Source: a virus (taxonomy: Duplodnaviria; Heunggongvirae; Uroviricota; Caudoviricetes). From it: a stretch of DNA of 36,361 nt. Below the pieces are notes generated by a model, which did no database searches, was not told the DNA's origin, and was given only the letters and a program-made list of their open reading frames with translations. Shown one piece after another: positions 18,446 to 27,541 of this stretch (within the stretch, counting starts at the first letter, position 1; every line of letters begins with the position of its first letter). The translations under genes and the position numbers were made by a program. The stretch is from IMG/VR virus record IMGVR_UViG_2579778635_000006, one strand, 5' to 3'.

Positions 18446-18661
18446 ATGACGCTTGAGCGAATCAGCGCCTTTATCACGTATTGCATCGCCGTCGTGCTGG
18501 CCTGGCTGGGCGATTTGTCCATCAAGGATGCCTCAACGCTGGGCGGCCTGATGATTGGTGTGCTGATGCTGGCTATCAACTGGTACTACAAACACAAAGC
18601 CTACCAGCTTCTGCGCGACGGGCAGATCTCGCGGGAGGACTATGAATCCATCAATCGTTAA
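18446..18661 (+). CDS. Y: Holin (P2 gpY position; small membrane protein)
   Basis: 71 aa with hydrophobic segments and a charged C-terminus, immediately upstream of the endolysin. Confidence 0.75.
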   Translation: MTLERISAFITYCIAVVLAWLGDLSIKDASTLGGLMIGVLMLAINWYYKHKAYQLLRDGQISREDYESINR

Positions 18662-19154
18662 ACGCTGCCTTGTCGGGGCCGTGCTGGCTATTGCTGCCAC
18701 GCTGCCGGGTTTTCAGCAGCTTCACACCTCCGTGGAGGGGCTGAAACTGATTGCCGATTACGAAGGTTGTCGTCTGCAGCCGTATCAGTGCAGCGCGGGT
18801 GTCTGGACCGACGGCATTGGTAATACGTCAGGCGTCATTCCCGGCAAAACCATTACGGAGCGACAGGCAGCAGAAGGGCTGATCTCCAACGTGCTGCGTG
18901 TGGAGCGGGCGCTGGAAAGGTGTGTGAAGCAACAGCCGCCGCAGAAGGTGTATGACGCTGCGGTGTCGTTTGCCTTCAACGTGGGAACGGGCAATGCCTG
19001 CAGTTCCACGCTGGTGAAATTACTCAATCAGCGGCGCTGGGCAGATGCGTGCCGACAGTTGCCGCGCTGGGTTTATGTGAAAGGTGTTTTTAATCAGGGG
19101 CTGGATAACCGCCGTGCGCGGGAGATGGCCTGGTGTTTACAGGGAGCAAACTGA
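18642..19154 (+). CDS. K: Endolysin, T4-lysozyme-like (GH24) with an N-terminal SAR (signal-anchor-release) segment
   Basis: N-terminal hydrophobic stretch CLVGAVLAIAATLPGF followed by a lysozyme motif region (EGLKLIADYEGCRLQPYQC...GVWTDGIGNT). Confidence 0.85.
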   Translation: MNPSIVKRCLVGAVLAIAATLPGFQQLHTSVEGLKLIADYEGCRLQPYQCSAGVWTDGIGNTSGVIPGKTITERQAAEGLISNVLRVERALERCVKQQPPQKVYDAAVSFAFNVGTGNACSSTLVKLLNQRRWADACRQLPRWVYVKGVFNQGLDNRRAREMAWCLQGAN

Positions 19155-19155
19155 A

Positions 19156-19533
19156 ATGAAAAAGAAATTAATCAGCGGACTGTTTCTGATGTTATGGATG
19201 GCGCTGTTAATCGCAGCAATGGTGTATCCGCAGGGGATTTTTCCGGTACTGGCAGCGTCCGGCGTTTGGGTAGCCTGTTTGCTGACATGGGCGGTAATTC
19301 CGGTAGCACTGGCTGCGTTAATTAAGAACGGCCCGCTCTGGCAGGAGTTGAGGGCATCTTTGCTAAAGACCATTACCCGAAAAGAAAACGTATTTATCAG
19401 CTGGGTGATGCGATTGCTGATTGTCGTAAGTTTCGCCTGGACGGGGTGGGCTATTACCCTGGTCTTTTATCTGCTGACCGTTATTGCCTTCTGGATGATC
19501 CGTAATCAGATTGCGCAACAGGTAGCAGCATGA
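19156..19533 (+). CDS. lysA: Lysis accessory membrane protein (LysA-like)
   Basis: ATG at 19156 with AGGGAG upstream. Multi-pass hydrophobic product. Confidence 0.7.
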   Translation: MKKKLISGLFLMLWMALLIAAMVYPQGIFPVLAASGVWVACLLTWAVIPVALAALIKNGPLWQELRASLLKTITRKENVFISWVMRLLIVVSFAWTGWAITLVFYLLTVIAFWMIRNQIAQQVAA

Positions 19534-19958
19534 ACCGGTTGCTGCTGGTTGTGTTGGCGTTATTACTGGCGGCGCTGGGCTGGCAGACGTGGCGGCTGGC
19601 TGATGCCAGCCAGACCATCAGCACGCAGGCAGACGAGCTTCGGAGCAAAAGCCAGGCACTGGCAAAGAGCAACAGCCAGCTTATCAGCCTGTCCATTCTG
19701 ACTGAAACCAATAACCGGGAGCAGGCGCGGCTCTATGCCGAAGCAGAACAGACCAGTGTACTGCTGAGACAACGACTACACCGGATTGAGGAACTGAAAC
19801 GTGAGAACGAGGATTTACGCCGCTGGGCTGATACTCCTTTGCCTGCTTACATTATCCGGCTGCGGGAACGCCCCACACTCACCGGAGGTGCAGCTTACCG
19901 TCAGTGGTTGTCCGCGAGTGACGCCGTGTCGGCTGGGGCAGGCAGCGCCGCGCACTAA
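19530..19958 (+). CDS. lysB: i-spanin (Rz-like, LysB)
   Basis: N-terminal transmembrane segment followed by a coiled-coil-like region. Start overlaps the lysA stop. Confidence 0.75.
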   Translation: MNRLLLVVLALLLAALGWQTWRLADASQTISTQADELRSKSQALAKSNSQLISLSILTETNNREQARLYAEAEQTSVLLRQRLHRIEELKRENEDLRRWADTPLPAYIIRLRERPTLTGGAAYRQWLSASDAVSAGAGSAAH

Positions 19959-20091
19959 CGGTGACCTGAACGCGTTGCTGGATGAAACGGAGGCCGCCTG
20001 GGCGGTCTGTGCAGACAAAGTGGACATGATTATTGCGTGTCAGGAGCGAAACAGTGAACAAACCACAATCCCTGCGCCACGCCCTCAATAA
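19801..20091 (+). CDS. lysC: o-spanin lipoprotein (Rz1-like, LysC), embedded in the +1 frame of lysB
   Basis: Signal peptide with lipobox LTLSGC. GTG start at 19801 with GAGGA upstream. Proline-rich mature region. Confidence 0.5.
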   Translation: MRTRIYAAGLILLCLLTLSGCGNAPHSPEVQLTVSGCPRVTPCRLGQAAPRTNGDLNALLDETEAAWAVCADKVDMIIACQERNSEQTTIPAPRPQ

Positions 20092-20485
20092 AGCGGTGCC
20101 TTATGTCCGCAATAACCCGGACAAACTGCATCTGTTTGTGGATAACGGTTCGCTGGTTGCCACGGGGGCCAGCTCCATGTCATGGGAGTACCGCTATACC
20201 CTGAACGTGGTGATAGAGGATTTCAGCGGCGACCAGAATCTGCTGATGGCCCCGGTTTTACTGTGGCTTCGGGATAACCAGCCCGATGCCATCAATAACC
20301 CGGCGTTACGGGAAAAGCTATTCACCTTTGAGGTGGATATTTTGCGCAACGATGTCTGTGATATCAGCCTTAACCTGCAACTGACGGAACGTGTGCTGGT
20401 CAGTACTGACGGCAGTGTGTCGAGCGTTGAAGCTGTAGCAGAACCCGATGAACCTGAAGAAATGTGGACGGTGAAACGTGGCTGA
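20054..20485 (+). CDS. R: Tail completion protein (P2 gpR family)
   Basis: Likely GTG start at 20054 with AGGAG 7 nt upstream. The product aligns with P2 R (KPQSLRHAL...LFVDNGSL). An upstream in-frame ATG exists at 20033. Confidence 0.8.
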   Translation: MNKPQSLRHALNKAVPYVRNNPDKLHLFVDNGSLVATGASSMSWEYRYTLNVVIEDFSGDQNLLMAPVLLWLRDNQPDAINNPALREKLFTFEVDILRNDVCDISLNLQLTERVLVSTDGSVSSVEAVAEPDEPEEMWTVKRG

Positions 20486-20924
20486 ACTGCAGAAGGTGGA
20501 CGACTGGCTGAGTGCCTTGCTGGCGAATCTGGAACCAGCCAAGAGAAGCAGCATGATGCGCCAGCTGGCGCAGGAACTGCGCCGGACACAGCAGCAGAAT
20601 ATCAGGATGCAGCGCAATCCAGATGGCAGCAGTTATGAACCGCGCAGGGTAACAGCACGCAGTAAAAAAGGCCGTATCAAACGGCAGATGTTTACAAAAC
20701 TTCGCACCACAAAATACCTGAAAACCGCCGCCAGCGAGGACTCTGCCAGCGTGCAGTTTGAAGGTAAGGTGCAGCGCATTGCCCGCGTCCACCATTATGG
20801 CCTGCGTGATCGCGTCAGCCGCAAAGGACCGGAGGTCCGTTACGCAGAGCGTCGCCTTCTGGGCGTAAATGATGATGTTGAGGCAATGACCCGCGACATG
20901 ATTCTGCAATGGTTGGCGGGGTGA
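20478..20924 (+). CDS. S: Tail completion protein (P2 gpS family)
   Basis: 148-aa ORF overlapping the R stop; GTG start. Confidence 0.85.
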   Translation: MAELQKVDDWLSALLANLEPAKRSSMMRQLAQELRRTQQQNIRMQRNPDGSSYEPRRVTARSKKGRIKRQMFTKLRTTKYLKTAASEDSASVQFEGKVQRIARVHHYGLRDRVSRKGPEVRYAERRLLGVNDDVEAMTRDMILQWLAG

Positions 20925-20928
20925 TTTT

Positions 20929-20946
20929 TGTATCAGCACTGATACA
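20929..20946 (+). promoter_or_regulatory. Ogr-type late promoter dyad TGT-N12-ACA upstream of V (inside the palindrome ttgtatcag-ca-ctgatacaa)
   Basis: Perfect 9-bp-arm palindrome seen directly between S and V. It contains TGT-N12-ACA at the position of the P2 V-operon late promoter. Confidence 0.6.
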
Positions 20947-20992
20947 AGTTGCAGCACTGCCGCCTTTCTTCCCCTGATGGCAACCTTTCCCT

Positions 20993-21571
20993 ATGAACGC
21001 ACAATTAACCGAAATCATGCGCCTTATCACCAATCTGATCCGCACTGGTGTAGTCACCGAAGTGGACCGGGAACACTGGCTTTGTCGGGTGAAAACGGGC
21101 GACCTTGAAACCAACTGGATTAACTGGCTGACGCTGCGCGCGGGCAAATCGCGCACCTGGTGGAAACCGTCTGTGGGTGAGCAGGTTGTGCTGTTCAGCC
21201 TTGGCGGCAATCTGGAAACCGCGTTTGCCCTGCCTGCGGTCTACTCAAACCAGTTTCCGCCACCTTCAGGCTCTGAGGACGGCAACGTGACGGAATACCC
21301 GGACGGCGGCTGGTTTGAATACGAACCCGCCACCGGGCGCTGGTATGTCAGGGGCATCAAATCAATGGTCATTGAGGCCGCTGACAACATCACCATGAAA
21401 ACCAGTGAGTTTGTACTGGAGGCTGACCGCACGCGCATTAACAGCGAAGTGGTGATCAATGGTGGCGTTACCCAGGGCGGCGGAGCGATGAGTTCTAACG
21501 GGATCGTGGTTGATGCGCATCAGCATACTGGCGTCCTGAAAGGCGGCGATACAACCGGAGGCCCGGTATGA
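20993..21571 (+). CDS. V: Baseplate spike (P2 gpV family)
   Basis: N-terminus resembles P2 V (LIRTGVV, RAGKSRTWW, PSVGEQV). Confidence 0.9.
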   Translation: MNAQLTEIMRLITNLIRTGVVTEVDREHWLCRVKTGDLETNWINWLTLRAGKSRTWWKPSVGEQVVLFSLGGNLETAFALPAVYSNQFPPPSGSEDGNVTEYPDGGWFEYEPATGRWYVRGIKSMVIEAADNITMKTSEFVLEADRTRINSEVVINGGVTQGGGAMSSNGIVVDAHQHTGVLKGGDTTGGPV

Positions 21572-21927
21572 CGCTTTATATCGGGATGAACAATACCAGC
21601 GGTAAAGCCATTACTGATATTGACCATCTGCGTCAGTCGGTGCGGGACATTCTACTGACACCGCAGGGTAGCCGCATTGCCCGTCGTGAATATGGTTCCC
21701 TGCTGTCGACACTGATAGCCCAGCCACAAAATCCGGCATTACGCCTGCAGGTCATGTCGGCAGTGTATGTGGCGCTGAGTCGCTGGGAGCCACGGCTGAC
21801 GCTGGATTCCATCACCATTAAAAGCAATTTTGACGGTTCAATGGTGGTGGGGCTGACCGGGCGGCGTAATAACGGTGTGCCTGTTTCCCTTTCCGTATCA
21901 ACAGGAGCAGAGAATGGCAGTGATTGA
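21568..21927 (+). CDS. W: Baseplate wedge protein (P2 gpW / gp25-like)
   Basis: 119 aa, translationally coupled to V. Confidence 0.9.
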   Translation: MTLYIGMNNTSGKAITDIDHLRQSVRDILLTPQGSRIARREYGSLLSTLIAQPQNPALRLQVMSAVYVALSRWEPRLTLDSITIKSNFDGSMVVGLTGRRNNGVPVSLSVSTGAENGSD

Positions 21928-22822
21928 CCTTTCGCAGTTGCCTGCGCCGCAGATTGTCGATGTGCCGGACTTTGAGACGCTGCTTGCCGAACGCAGGGCC
22001 GAATTTGTTGCGCTTCATCCGAAAGATGAGCAGGAAGCCGTGATCCGCACGCTGGAACTGGAATCTGAACCCGTCACCAAATTGCTGCAGGAGAACGCTT
22101 ACCGTGAGTTGCTTCTGCGCCAGCGCATTAACGAAGCCGCGCAGGCTGTGATGGTGGCTTACGCGATGGGCGGCGATCTTGACCAGCTCGCTGCCAACTA
22201 CAACGTGAAACGCCTGACGGTGACGCCTGCTGATAATGACGCTGTGCCACCCGTTGCGGCTGTGATGGAAAGCGATGAAGCGTTACGCCTGCGTGTGCCC
22301 GCAGCCTTTGAAGGGCTTTCTGTTGCGGGGCCAACTGCCGCTTATGAATTTCATGCCCGAAGCGCCGACGGTCGGGTGGCGGATGCCAGTGCAACCAGTC
22401 CGGCACCTGCAGAGGTGGTACTGACTGTCCTGAGTCGTGAAGGCGACGGAACAGCAGAAAAAGACTTGCTGGATGTGGTGGAGAAAGCCCTGAACAGTGA
22501 GAACGTCCGCCCGGTGGCTGACCGTCTTACGGTTCGCAGCGCAGAAATCATTCCGTATCGCGTGGAAGCCACCATTTTTCTCTATCCGGGACCGGAAGCA
22601 GAGCCGGTAATGGCAGCGGCAAAAGCCAGTCTGCAGAAGTACATTGCCAGCCAGACGAGGCTTGGTCGGGATATTCGCCGTAGCGCCATCTTTGCTGCTC
22701 TGCATGTTGAGGGTGTTCAACGTGTGGAACTGGCTTCTCCGCTGGCGGATGTGGTCCTGAACAAAACACAGGCGGCATCATGTACGCAGTGGAGCGTAAC
22801 CAACGGAGGAGCGGATGAATAG
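21914..22822 (+). CDS. J: Baseplate protein (P2 gpJ family)
   Basis: ATG at 21914 with AGGAG upstream. N-terminus MAVIDLSQLPAPQIV resembles P2 J. Confidence 0.9.
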   Translation: MAVIDLSQLPAPQIVDVPDFETLLAERRAEFVALHPKDEQEAVIRTLELESEPVTKLLQENAYRELLLRQRINEAAQAVMVAYAMGGDLDQLAANYNVKRLTVTPADNDAVPPVAAVMESDEALRLRVPAAFEGLSVAGPTAAYEFHARSADGRVADASATSPAPAEVVLTVLSREGDGTAEKDLLDVVEKALNSENVRPVADRLTVRSAEIIPYRVEATIFLYPGPEAEPVMAAAKASLQKYIASQTRLGRDIRRSAIFAALHVEGVQRVELASPLADVVLNKTQAASCTQWSVTNGGADE

Positions 22823-23420
22823 TCTGCTGCCACCGGGTTCAACTTCACTGGAGCGCCGACTGGCGCAAACCTGTAGCGGGATTTCTGATTTGCAGGTGCC
22901 GCTGCGTGACTTGTGGAATCCGGCTACCTGTCCGGTCAGTTTCCTGCCTTATCTCGCCTGGGCGTTCTCTGTGGATCGCTGGGACGAGGGCTGGACAGAA
23001 AGCGTCAAGCGCCAGGTGGTGAAGGATGCTTTTTATATTCATCAGCATAAAGGGACCACCAGTGCCGTGCGGCGGGTGGTGGAGCCGTTCGGCTTTCTGA
23101 TCCGCATTATTGAGTGGTGGCAGACCGGAGAGGCACCGGGCACGTTTCGTCTGGATATCGGCGTGCAGGACCAGGGCATCACTGAAGATACCTATCTGGA
23201 ACTTGAGCGACTGATAAGCGATGCCAAACCATGTAGCCGTCACATGAGCGGCATGTCCATCAACCTGCAGACCAGCGGCCCGCATTGGGTGGGAGCCGCC
23301 AGCTATCTTGGCGAAGAAATCACGATCTATCCGTATATCAACGAAACAATTATTTCCGGCGGCACCGCGCATGAAGGCGGGGCGGTCCATGTTATTGACA
23401 CAATGAGAGTGAATCCATGA
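22815..23420 (+). CDS. I: Baseplate/tail-fibre attachment protein (P2 gpI family)
   Basis: 201 aa, overlapping the J stop and preceding H. Confidence 0.9.
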   Translation: MNSLLPPGSTSLERRLAQTCSGISDLQVPLRDLWNPATCPVSFLPYLAWAFSVDRWDEGWTESVKRQVVKDAFYIHQHKGTTSAVRRVVEPFGFLIRIIEWWQTGEAPGTFRLDIGVQDQGITEDTYLELERLISDAKPCSRHMSGMSINLQTSGPHWVGAASYLGEEITIYPYINETIISGGTAHEGGAVHVIDTMRVNP

Positions 23421-25840
23421 GCACAAAATTTTATACCCTGCTGACGGATATTGGCGCGGCGAAACTTGCCAGCGCCGCCGCGCTTGGTGTGCCGCTAAAA
23501 ATTACCCATATGGCGGTGGGCGATGGCGGCGGAGCATTGCCGACGCCGGACGCAAAGCAGACTGCACTGGTAAATGAGAAACGCCGGGCTGCGCTGAATA
23601 TGCTCTATATCGACCCGCAGAACAGCAGCCAGATTATTGCTGAACAGGTGATCCCTGAAAACGAGGGCGGTTGGTGGATACGTGAAGTGGGCCTGTTTGA
23701 TGAGTCAGGGGCATTGATTGCCGTGGGGAACTGCCCGGAAAGCTATAAACCGCAACTGGCTGAAGGCAGCGGGCGCACCCAGACCGTGCGCATGGTGCTG
23801 ATTACCAGCAGTACGGACAATATCACCCTGAAAATCGACCCTGCTGTAGTACTGGCAACTCGCAAGTATGTGGATGACAAAATATCAGAGCACGAACAGT
23901 CACGACGTCACCCGGACGCCTCGCTGACCGCAAAAGGTTTTACTCAGTTAAGCAGTGCGACCAACAGTGAATCCGAAATACTGGCCGCAACACCGAAGGC
24001 TGTGAAGGCTGCATATGATCTTGCAGCAGGTAAAGCATCCGCCAGTCACACACACCCGTGGAATCAGATAACAGGTGTACCTGCAGCCTCGCTGACGGTA
24101 AAAGGCACTGTGCAACTCAGCAGCGCCACTAACAGCACATCAGAAACGCAGGCCGCCACTCCAAAGGCAGTGAAGGCGGCATATGACCTTGCAGCAGGTA
24201 AGGCACCTGTCAGTCACACACACCCGTGGAATCAGATAACGGATGTGCCTGCAGCTTCACTGACGGTAAAAGGCACCGTGCAACTCAGCAGTGCCACTAA
24301 CAGCACGTCAGAAACGCAGGCTGCCACACCAAAGGCAGTGAAGGCGGCATATGACCTTGCAGCAGGTAAGGCACCTGTCAGTCACACGCACCCGTGGAGC
24401 CAGATAACGGATGTGCCTGCAGCTTCACTGACGGTAAAAGGCACCGTGCAACTCAGCAGCGCCACTAACAGCACGTCAGAAACGCAGGCTGCCACACCAA
24501 AGGCAGTGAAGGCGGCATATGACCTTGCAGCAGGTAAGGCACCTGTCAGTCACACGCACCCGTGGAGCCAGATAACGGATGTGCCTGCAGCTTCACTGAC
24601 GGTAAAAGGCACCGTGCAACTCAGCAGCGCCACTAACAGCACGTCAGAAACGCAGGCTGCCACACCAAAGGCAGTGAAGGCGGCATATGACCTTGCAGCA
24701 GGTAAGGCACCTGTCAGTCACACGCACCCGTGGAGCCAGATAACGGATGTGCCTGCAGCTTCACTGACGGTAAAAGGCACCGTGCAACTCAGCAGCGCCA
24801 CTAACAGCACGTCAGAAACGCAGGCTGCCACACCAAAGGCAGTGAAGGCGGCATATGACCTTGCAGCAGGTAAGGCACCTGTCAGTCACACGCATCCGTG
24901 GAGCCAGATAACGGATGTGCCTGCAGCTTCACTGACGGTAAAAGGTACCGTGCAACTCAGCAGCGCCACTAACAGCACGTCAGAAACGCAGGCTGCCACA
25001 CCAAAAGCTGTGAAGGCTGTATATGACCTTGCCAATGGAAAACAACCTGCCGACGCCACACTGACCGCACTGGCAGGCCTTGCCACTGCGGCAGACAAAC
25101 TTCCGTATTTTACGGGGAATGATACAGCCAGCCTGACAACCCTGACTAACGTTGGACGGAATATTCTGGATAAAGCAAGTACACAGGCGGTTATTCAATA
25201 TCTTGGTCTGAGCGATGCAAGTGGATACGTTGGACGCTGGCTGAATACCCGGGTTTTCACCTCATCAGGTACGTACACCCCGACGCCAGGAACAAAACGG
25301 ATCAGGGTCACAATAACGGGCGGCGGTGGCGGAGGGGGCGGCTGCAAGGCTACATCCAATAATGAAACGTTTTTCGGCGCTGGCGGTGGGGCCGGTGGAA
25401 CAATAATTTCAATAATGACCCCAACACAGAATAGTTATCCAGTCACTATCGGCGCAGGTGGGGCCGGTGGTGTTAGTGCGACGAACGGCACCAGTGGCGG
25501 GAATAGCGTATTCGCATCGTTAATTGCTCCTGGTGGCGCAGGTGGCGGGAAAGTGGGAGTTACAAACACAAACGGCGGTAACGGAGGTGTGCCGAGTACT
25601 GGCGATATCCGCATCACTGGTGGAAATGGAGGCGACGGTCAGTCCGGAAATATCGGCGTCAGCGGTGAAGGCGGAACATCGCACTGGGGCGGCGGTGGAC
25701 GCGCAGGCGCTGGCGGTGGTGTTAGTGGTAAGGCATATGGTTCAGGTGGCGGTGGCGCATACGATGCCGGTTATAGCGGAACCAGTATGACAGGCGGGAA
25801 AGGTGCTGCTGGGATTTGTATTATCGAGGAGTTTGCATAA
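23417..25840 (+). CDS. H: Tail fibre protein (P2 gpH family): conserved N-terminus, internal 56-aa tandem repeats, glycine-rich C-terminal domain
   Basis: N-terminal ~160 aa are P2 H-like (MSTKFYTLLTDIGAAKLASAAALG...). The middle holds about 6.6 tandem 56-aa repeats. The C-terminus is Gly-rich (GGGGGGGG, GAGGAGG, NGGNGG). Confidence 0.9.
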   Translation: MSTKFYTLLTDIGAAKLASAAALGVPLKITHMAVGDGGGALPTPDAKQTALVNEKRRAALNMLYIDPQNSSQIIAEQVIPENEGGWWIREVGLFDESGALIAVGNCPESYKPQLAEGSGRTQTVRMVLITSSTDNITLKIDPAVVLATRKYVDDKISEHEQSRRHPDASLTAKGFTQLSSATNSESEILAATPKAVKAAYDLAAGKASASHTHPWNQITGVPAASLTVKGTVQLSSATNSTSETQAATPKAVKAAYDLAAGKAPVSHTHPWNQITDVPAASLTVKGTVQLSSATNSTSETQAATPKAVKAAYDLAAGKAPVSHTHPWSQITDVPAASLTVKGTVQLSSATNSTSETQAATPKAVKAAYDLAAGKAPVSHTHPWSQITDVPAASLTVKGTVQLSSATNSTSETQAATPKAVKAAYDLAAGKAPVSHTHPWSQITDVPAASLTVKGTVQLSSATNSTSETQAATPKAVKAAYDLAAGKAPVSHTHPWSQITDVPAASLTVKGTVQLSSATNSTSETQAATPKAVKAVYDLANGKQPADATLTALAGLATAADKLPYFTGNDTASLTTLTNVGRNILDKASTQAVIQYLGLSDASGYVGRWLNTRVFTSSGTYTPTPGTKRIRVTITGGGGGGGGCKATSNNETFFGAGGGAGGTIISIMTPTQNSYPVTIGAGGAGGVSATNGTSGGNSVFASLIAPGGAGGGKVGVTNTNGGNGGVPSTGDIRITGGNGGDGQSGNIGVSGEGGTSHWGGGGRAGAGGGVSGKAYGSGGGGAYDAGYSGTSMTGGKGAAGICIIEEFA
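23913..25030 (+). repeat. In-frame tandem repeat array, 168-bp unit, about 6.6 copies, inside H
   Basis: Unit starts (ctgcagc) at 24081, 24249, 24417, 24585, 24753 and 24921, with a diverged first copy near 23913. Copies 3-6 look nucleotide-identical by eye. Confidence 0.9.
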
Positions 25841-26253
25841 TGAATGCGTCATATGCAGTTATTGAAAATGGGATGGTTGTGAATGTCATTGTCTGGGATG
25901 GCGAGGCTGAATTCACAGTGCCGGATAATCAGCAGCTCATTGATATTTCTGATATCAGTGAGCATCCAGGAATTGGCTGGGGGTATTCAGACGGGGTATT
26001 TACTGCGCCGCTCCCTCCGGAACGTTCTCATAATGAACTGGTAGCTGACGCTGAACAGAAAAAACAGTCGCTGATAGACGCAGCAATGGCCAATATCAGC
26101 GTGATTCAGTTAAAGCTGCAGGCCGGGCGCAAACTGACGCAAGAAGAAACTACCCGACTTAACGTTGTGCTGGATTATATCGAGGCTGTGACGGCAACAG
26201 ATACCAGCACCGCACCTGATATCATTTGGCCTGTTTTCCCTGCAAGCAGATAA
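25840..26253 (+). CDS. G: Tail fibre assembly chaperone (P2 gpG / Tfa family)
   Basis: ATG at 25840 overlaps the H stop (TAATG), with GAGGA upstream. It follows the tail fibre gene. Confidence 0.85.
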   Translation: MNASYAVIENGMVVNVIVWDGEAEFTVPDNQQLIDISDISEHPGIGWGYSDGVFTAPLPPERSHNELVADAEQKKQSLIDAAMANISVIQLKLQAGRKLTQEETTRLNVVLDYIEAVTATDTSTAPDIIWPVFPASR

Positions 26254-26265
26254 ATACCGTCATTT

Positions 26266-26283
26266 TGTGTGAATAACGGTACA
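26266..26283 (+). promoter_or_regulatory. Ogr-type late promoter dyad TGT-N12-ACA upstream of FI
   Basis: tgt-gtgaataacggt-aca seen directly, about 75 nt upstream of the FI start. Confidence 0.55.
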
Positions 26284-26359
26284 ACTGCGCTTAGCTGCTT
26301 GTCAGACACAATCACTTCAACATAGGGCGAAGCCTAATCCAATCAGGAGGTTCGCCACT

Positions 26360-27532
26360 ATGGCTCAGGATTACCACCACGGAGTGCGCGTTGTTGAAGT
26401 CAACGAAGGCACTCGATCCATTACTACGGTGAGCACCGCCATCGTGGGCATGGTCTGCACGGGCGATGATGCCGATGCAAAAATGTTCCCTCTTAATAAA
26501 CCCGTGCTGATCACTGATGTGCTTACTGCCAGCGGTAAAGCGGGTGAGTCAGGTACGCTGGCCCGTTCGCTGGATGCCATCGCTGACCAGGCAAAACCCG
26601 TGACCGTTGTTGTGCGTGTGCCGCAGGGTGAAACGGAAGAAGAAACCACGACCAATATCATCGGCGCAGTGACTGCTGAAGGTAAAAAAACTGGTATGAA
26701 AGCCCTGTTATCTGCCCAGTCACAGCTCGGTGTTAAACCGCGCATTCTCGGCGTGCCGGGGCACGATAACAAAGCCGTTGCTACTGAGTTGCTGGGCGTG
26801 GCGCAAAGCCTGCGTGGGTTTGCTTACCTGTCAGCGTATGGTTGCAAGACGGTGCAGGAAGCAATCACTTACCGTAAAAACTTCAGCCAGCGTGAAGGGA
26901 TGCTGATCTGGCCCGACTTTACTGGCTGGGACACGGTGCTGAATGCCGAAGCAACGGCATATGCCACCGCCCGTGCGCTTGGTCTGCGCGCCAAAATTGA
27001 TGAGCAGACCGGATGGCACAAAAGCCTGTCCAACGTGGGCGTGAACGGTGTCACCGGAATTTCTGCTGATGTATTCTGGGATCTGCAGGACCCGGCAACT
27101 GATGCGGGACTGCTTAACCAGAACGATGTTACCACACTTATCCGCAAAGACGGCTTTCGCTTCTGGGGTTCCCGCTGTCTGAGTGATGACCCACTCTTTG
27201 CCTTTGAAAACTACACCCGCACGGCGCAGGTGCTGATGGACACGATGGCAGAAGCGCCAATGTGGGCGGTCGACAAACCGCTGAATCCGTCGCTGGCCCG
27301 CGACATTATCGAAGGTATCCGCGCCAAAATGCGCAGCCTGATCAGTCAGGGCTATCTCATTGGTGGCGATTGCTGGCTGGATGAGTCGGTGAACGACAAA
27401 GACACTCTGAAAGCTGGAAAACTCACCATCGACTACGACTACACACCAGTGCCGCCACTTGAAAACCTGATGCTGCGTCAGCGCATCACCGATCAGTACC
27501 TGGTGAATTTCGCCAGCCAGGTCAGCGCGTAA
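26360..27532 (+). CDS. FI: Contractile tail sheath protein (P2 gpFI family)
   Basis: 390 aa with AGGAGG upstream; first gene of the F operon. Confidence 0.95.
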   Translation: MAQDYHHGVRVVEVNEGTRSITTVSTAIVGMVCTGDDADAKMFPLNKPVLITDVLTASGKAGESGTLARSLDAIADQAKPVTVVVRVPQGETEEETTTNIIGAVTAEGKKTGMKALLSAQSQLGVKPRILGVPGHDNKAVATELLGVAQSLRGFAYLSAYGCKTVQEAITYRKNFSQREGMLIWPDFTGWDTVLNAEATAYATARALGLRAKIDEQTGWHKSLSNVGVNGVTGISADVFWDLQDPATDAGLLNQNDVTTLIRKDGFRFWGSRCLSDDPLFAFENYTRTAQVLMDTMAEAPMWAVDKPLNPSLARDIIEGIRAKMRSLISQGYLIGGDCWLDESVNDKDTLKAGKLTIDYDYTPVPPLENLMLRQRITDQYLVNFASQVSA

Positions 27533-27541
27533 GGGGACAAC

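Noticed and set aside
20400-20957. 185-aa ORF on the minus strand
   Set aside because: Antisense to tail completion genes R and S.
23913-25030. Regular repeat array that could be mistaken for a CRISPR array
   Set aside because: The 168-bp units are contiguous with no spacers, lie in frame inside the tail fibre ORF and encode a repeated 56-aa module. No cas genes are present.
26254-26359. Expected Z/fun-type cargo hotspot between G and FI
   Set aside because: The G-FI spacer is only about 106 bp and holds just the late promoter dyad and ribosome-binding site. No cargo is inserted here in this prophage.
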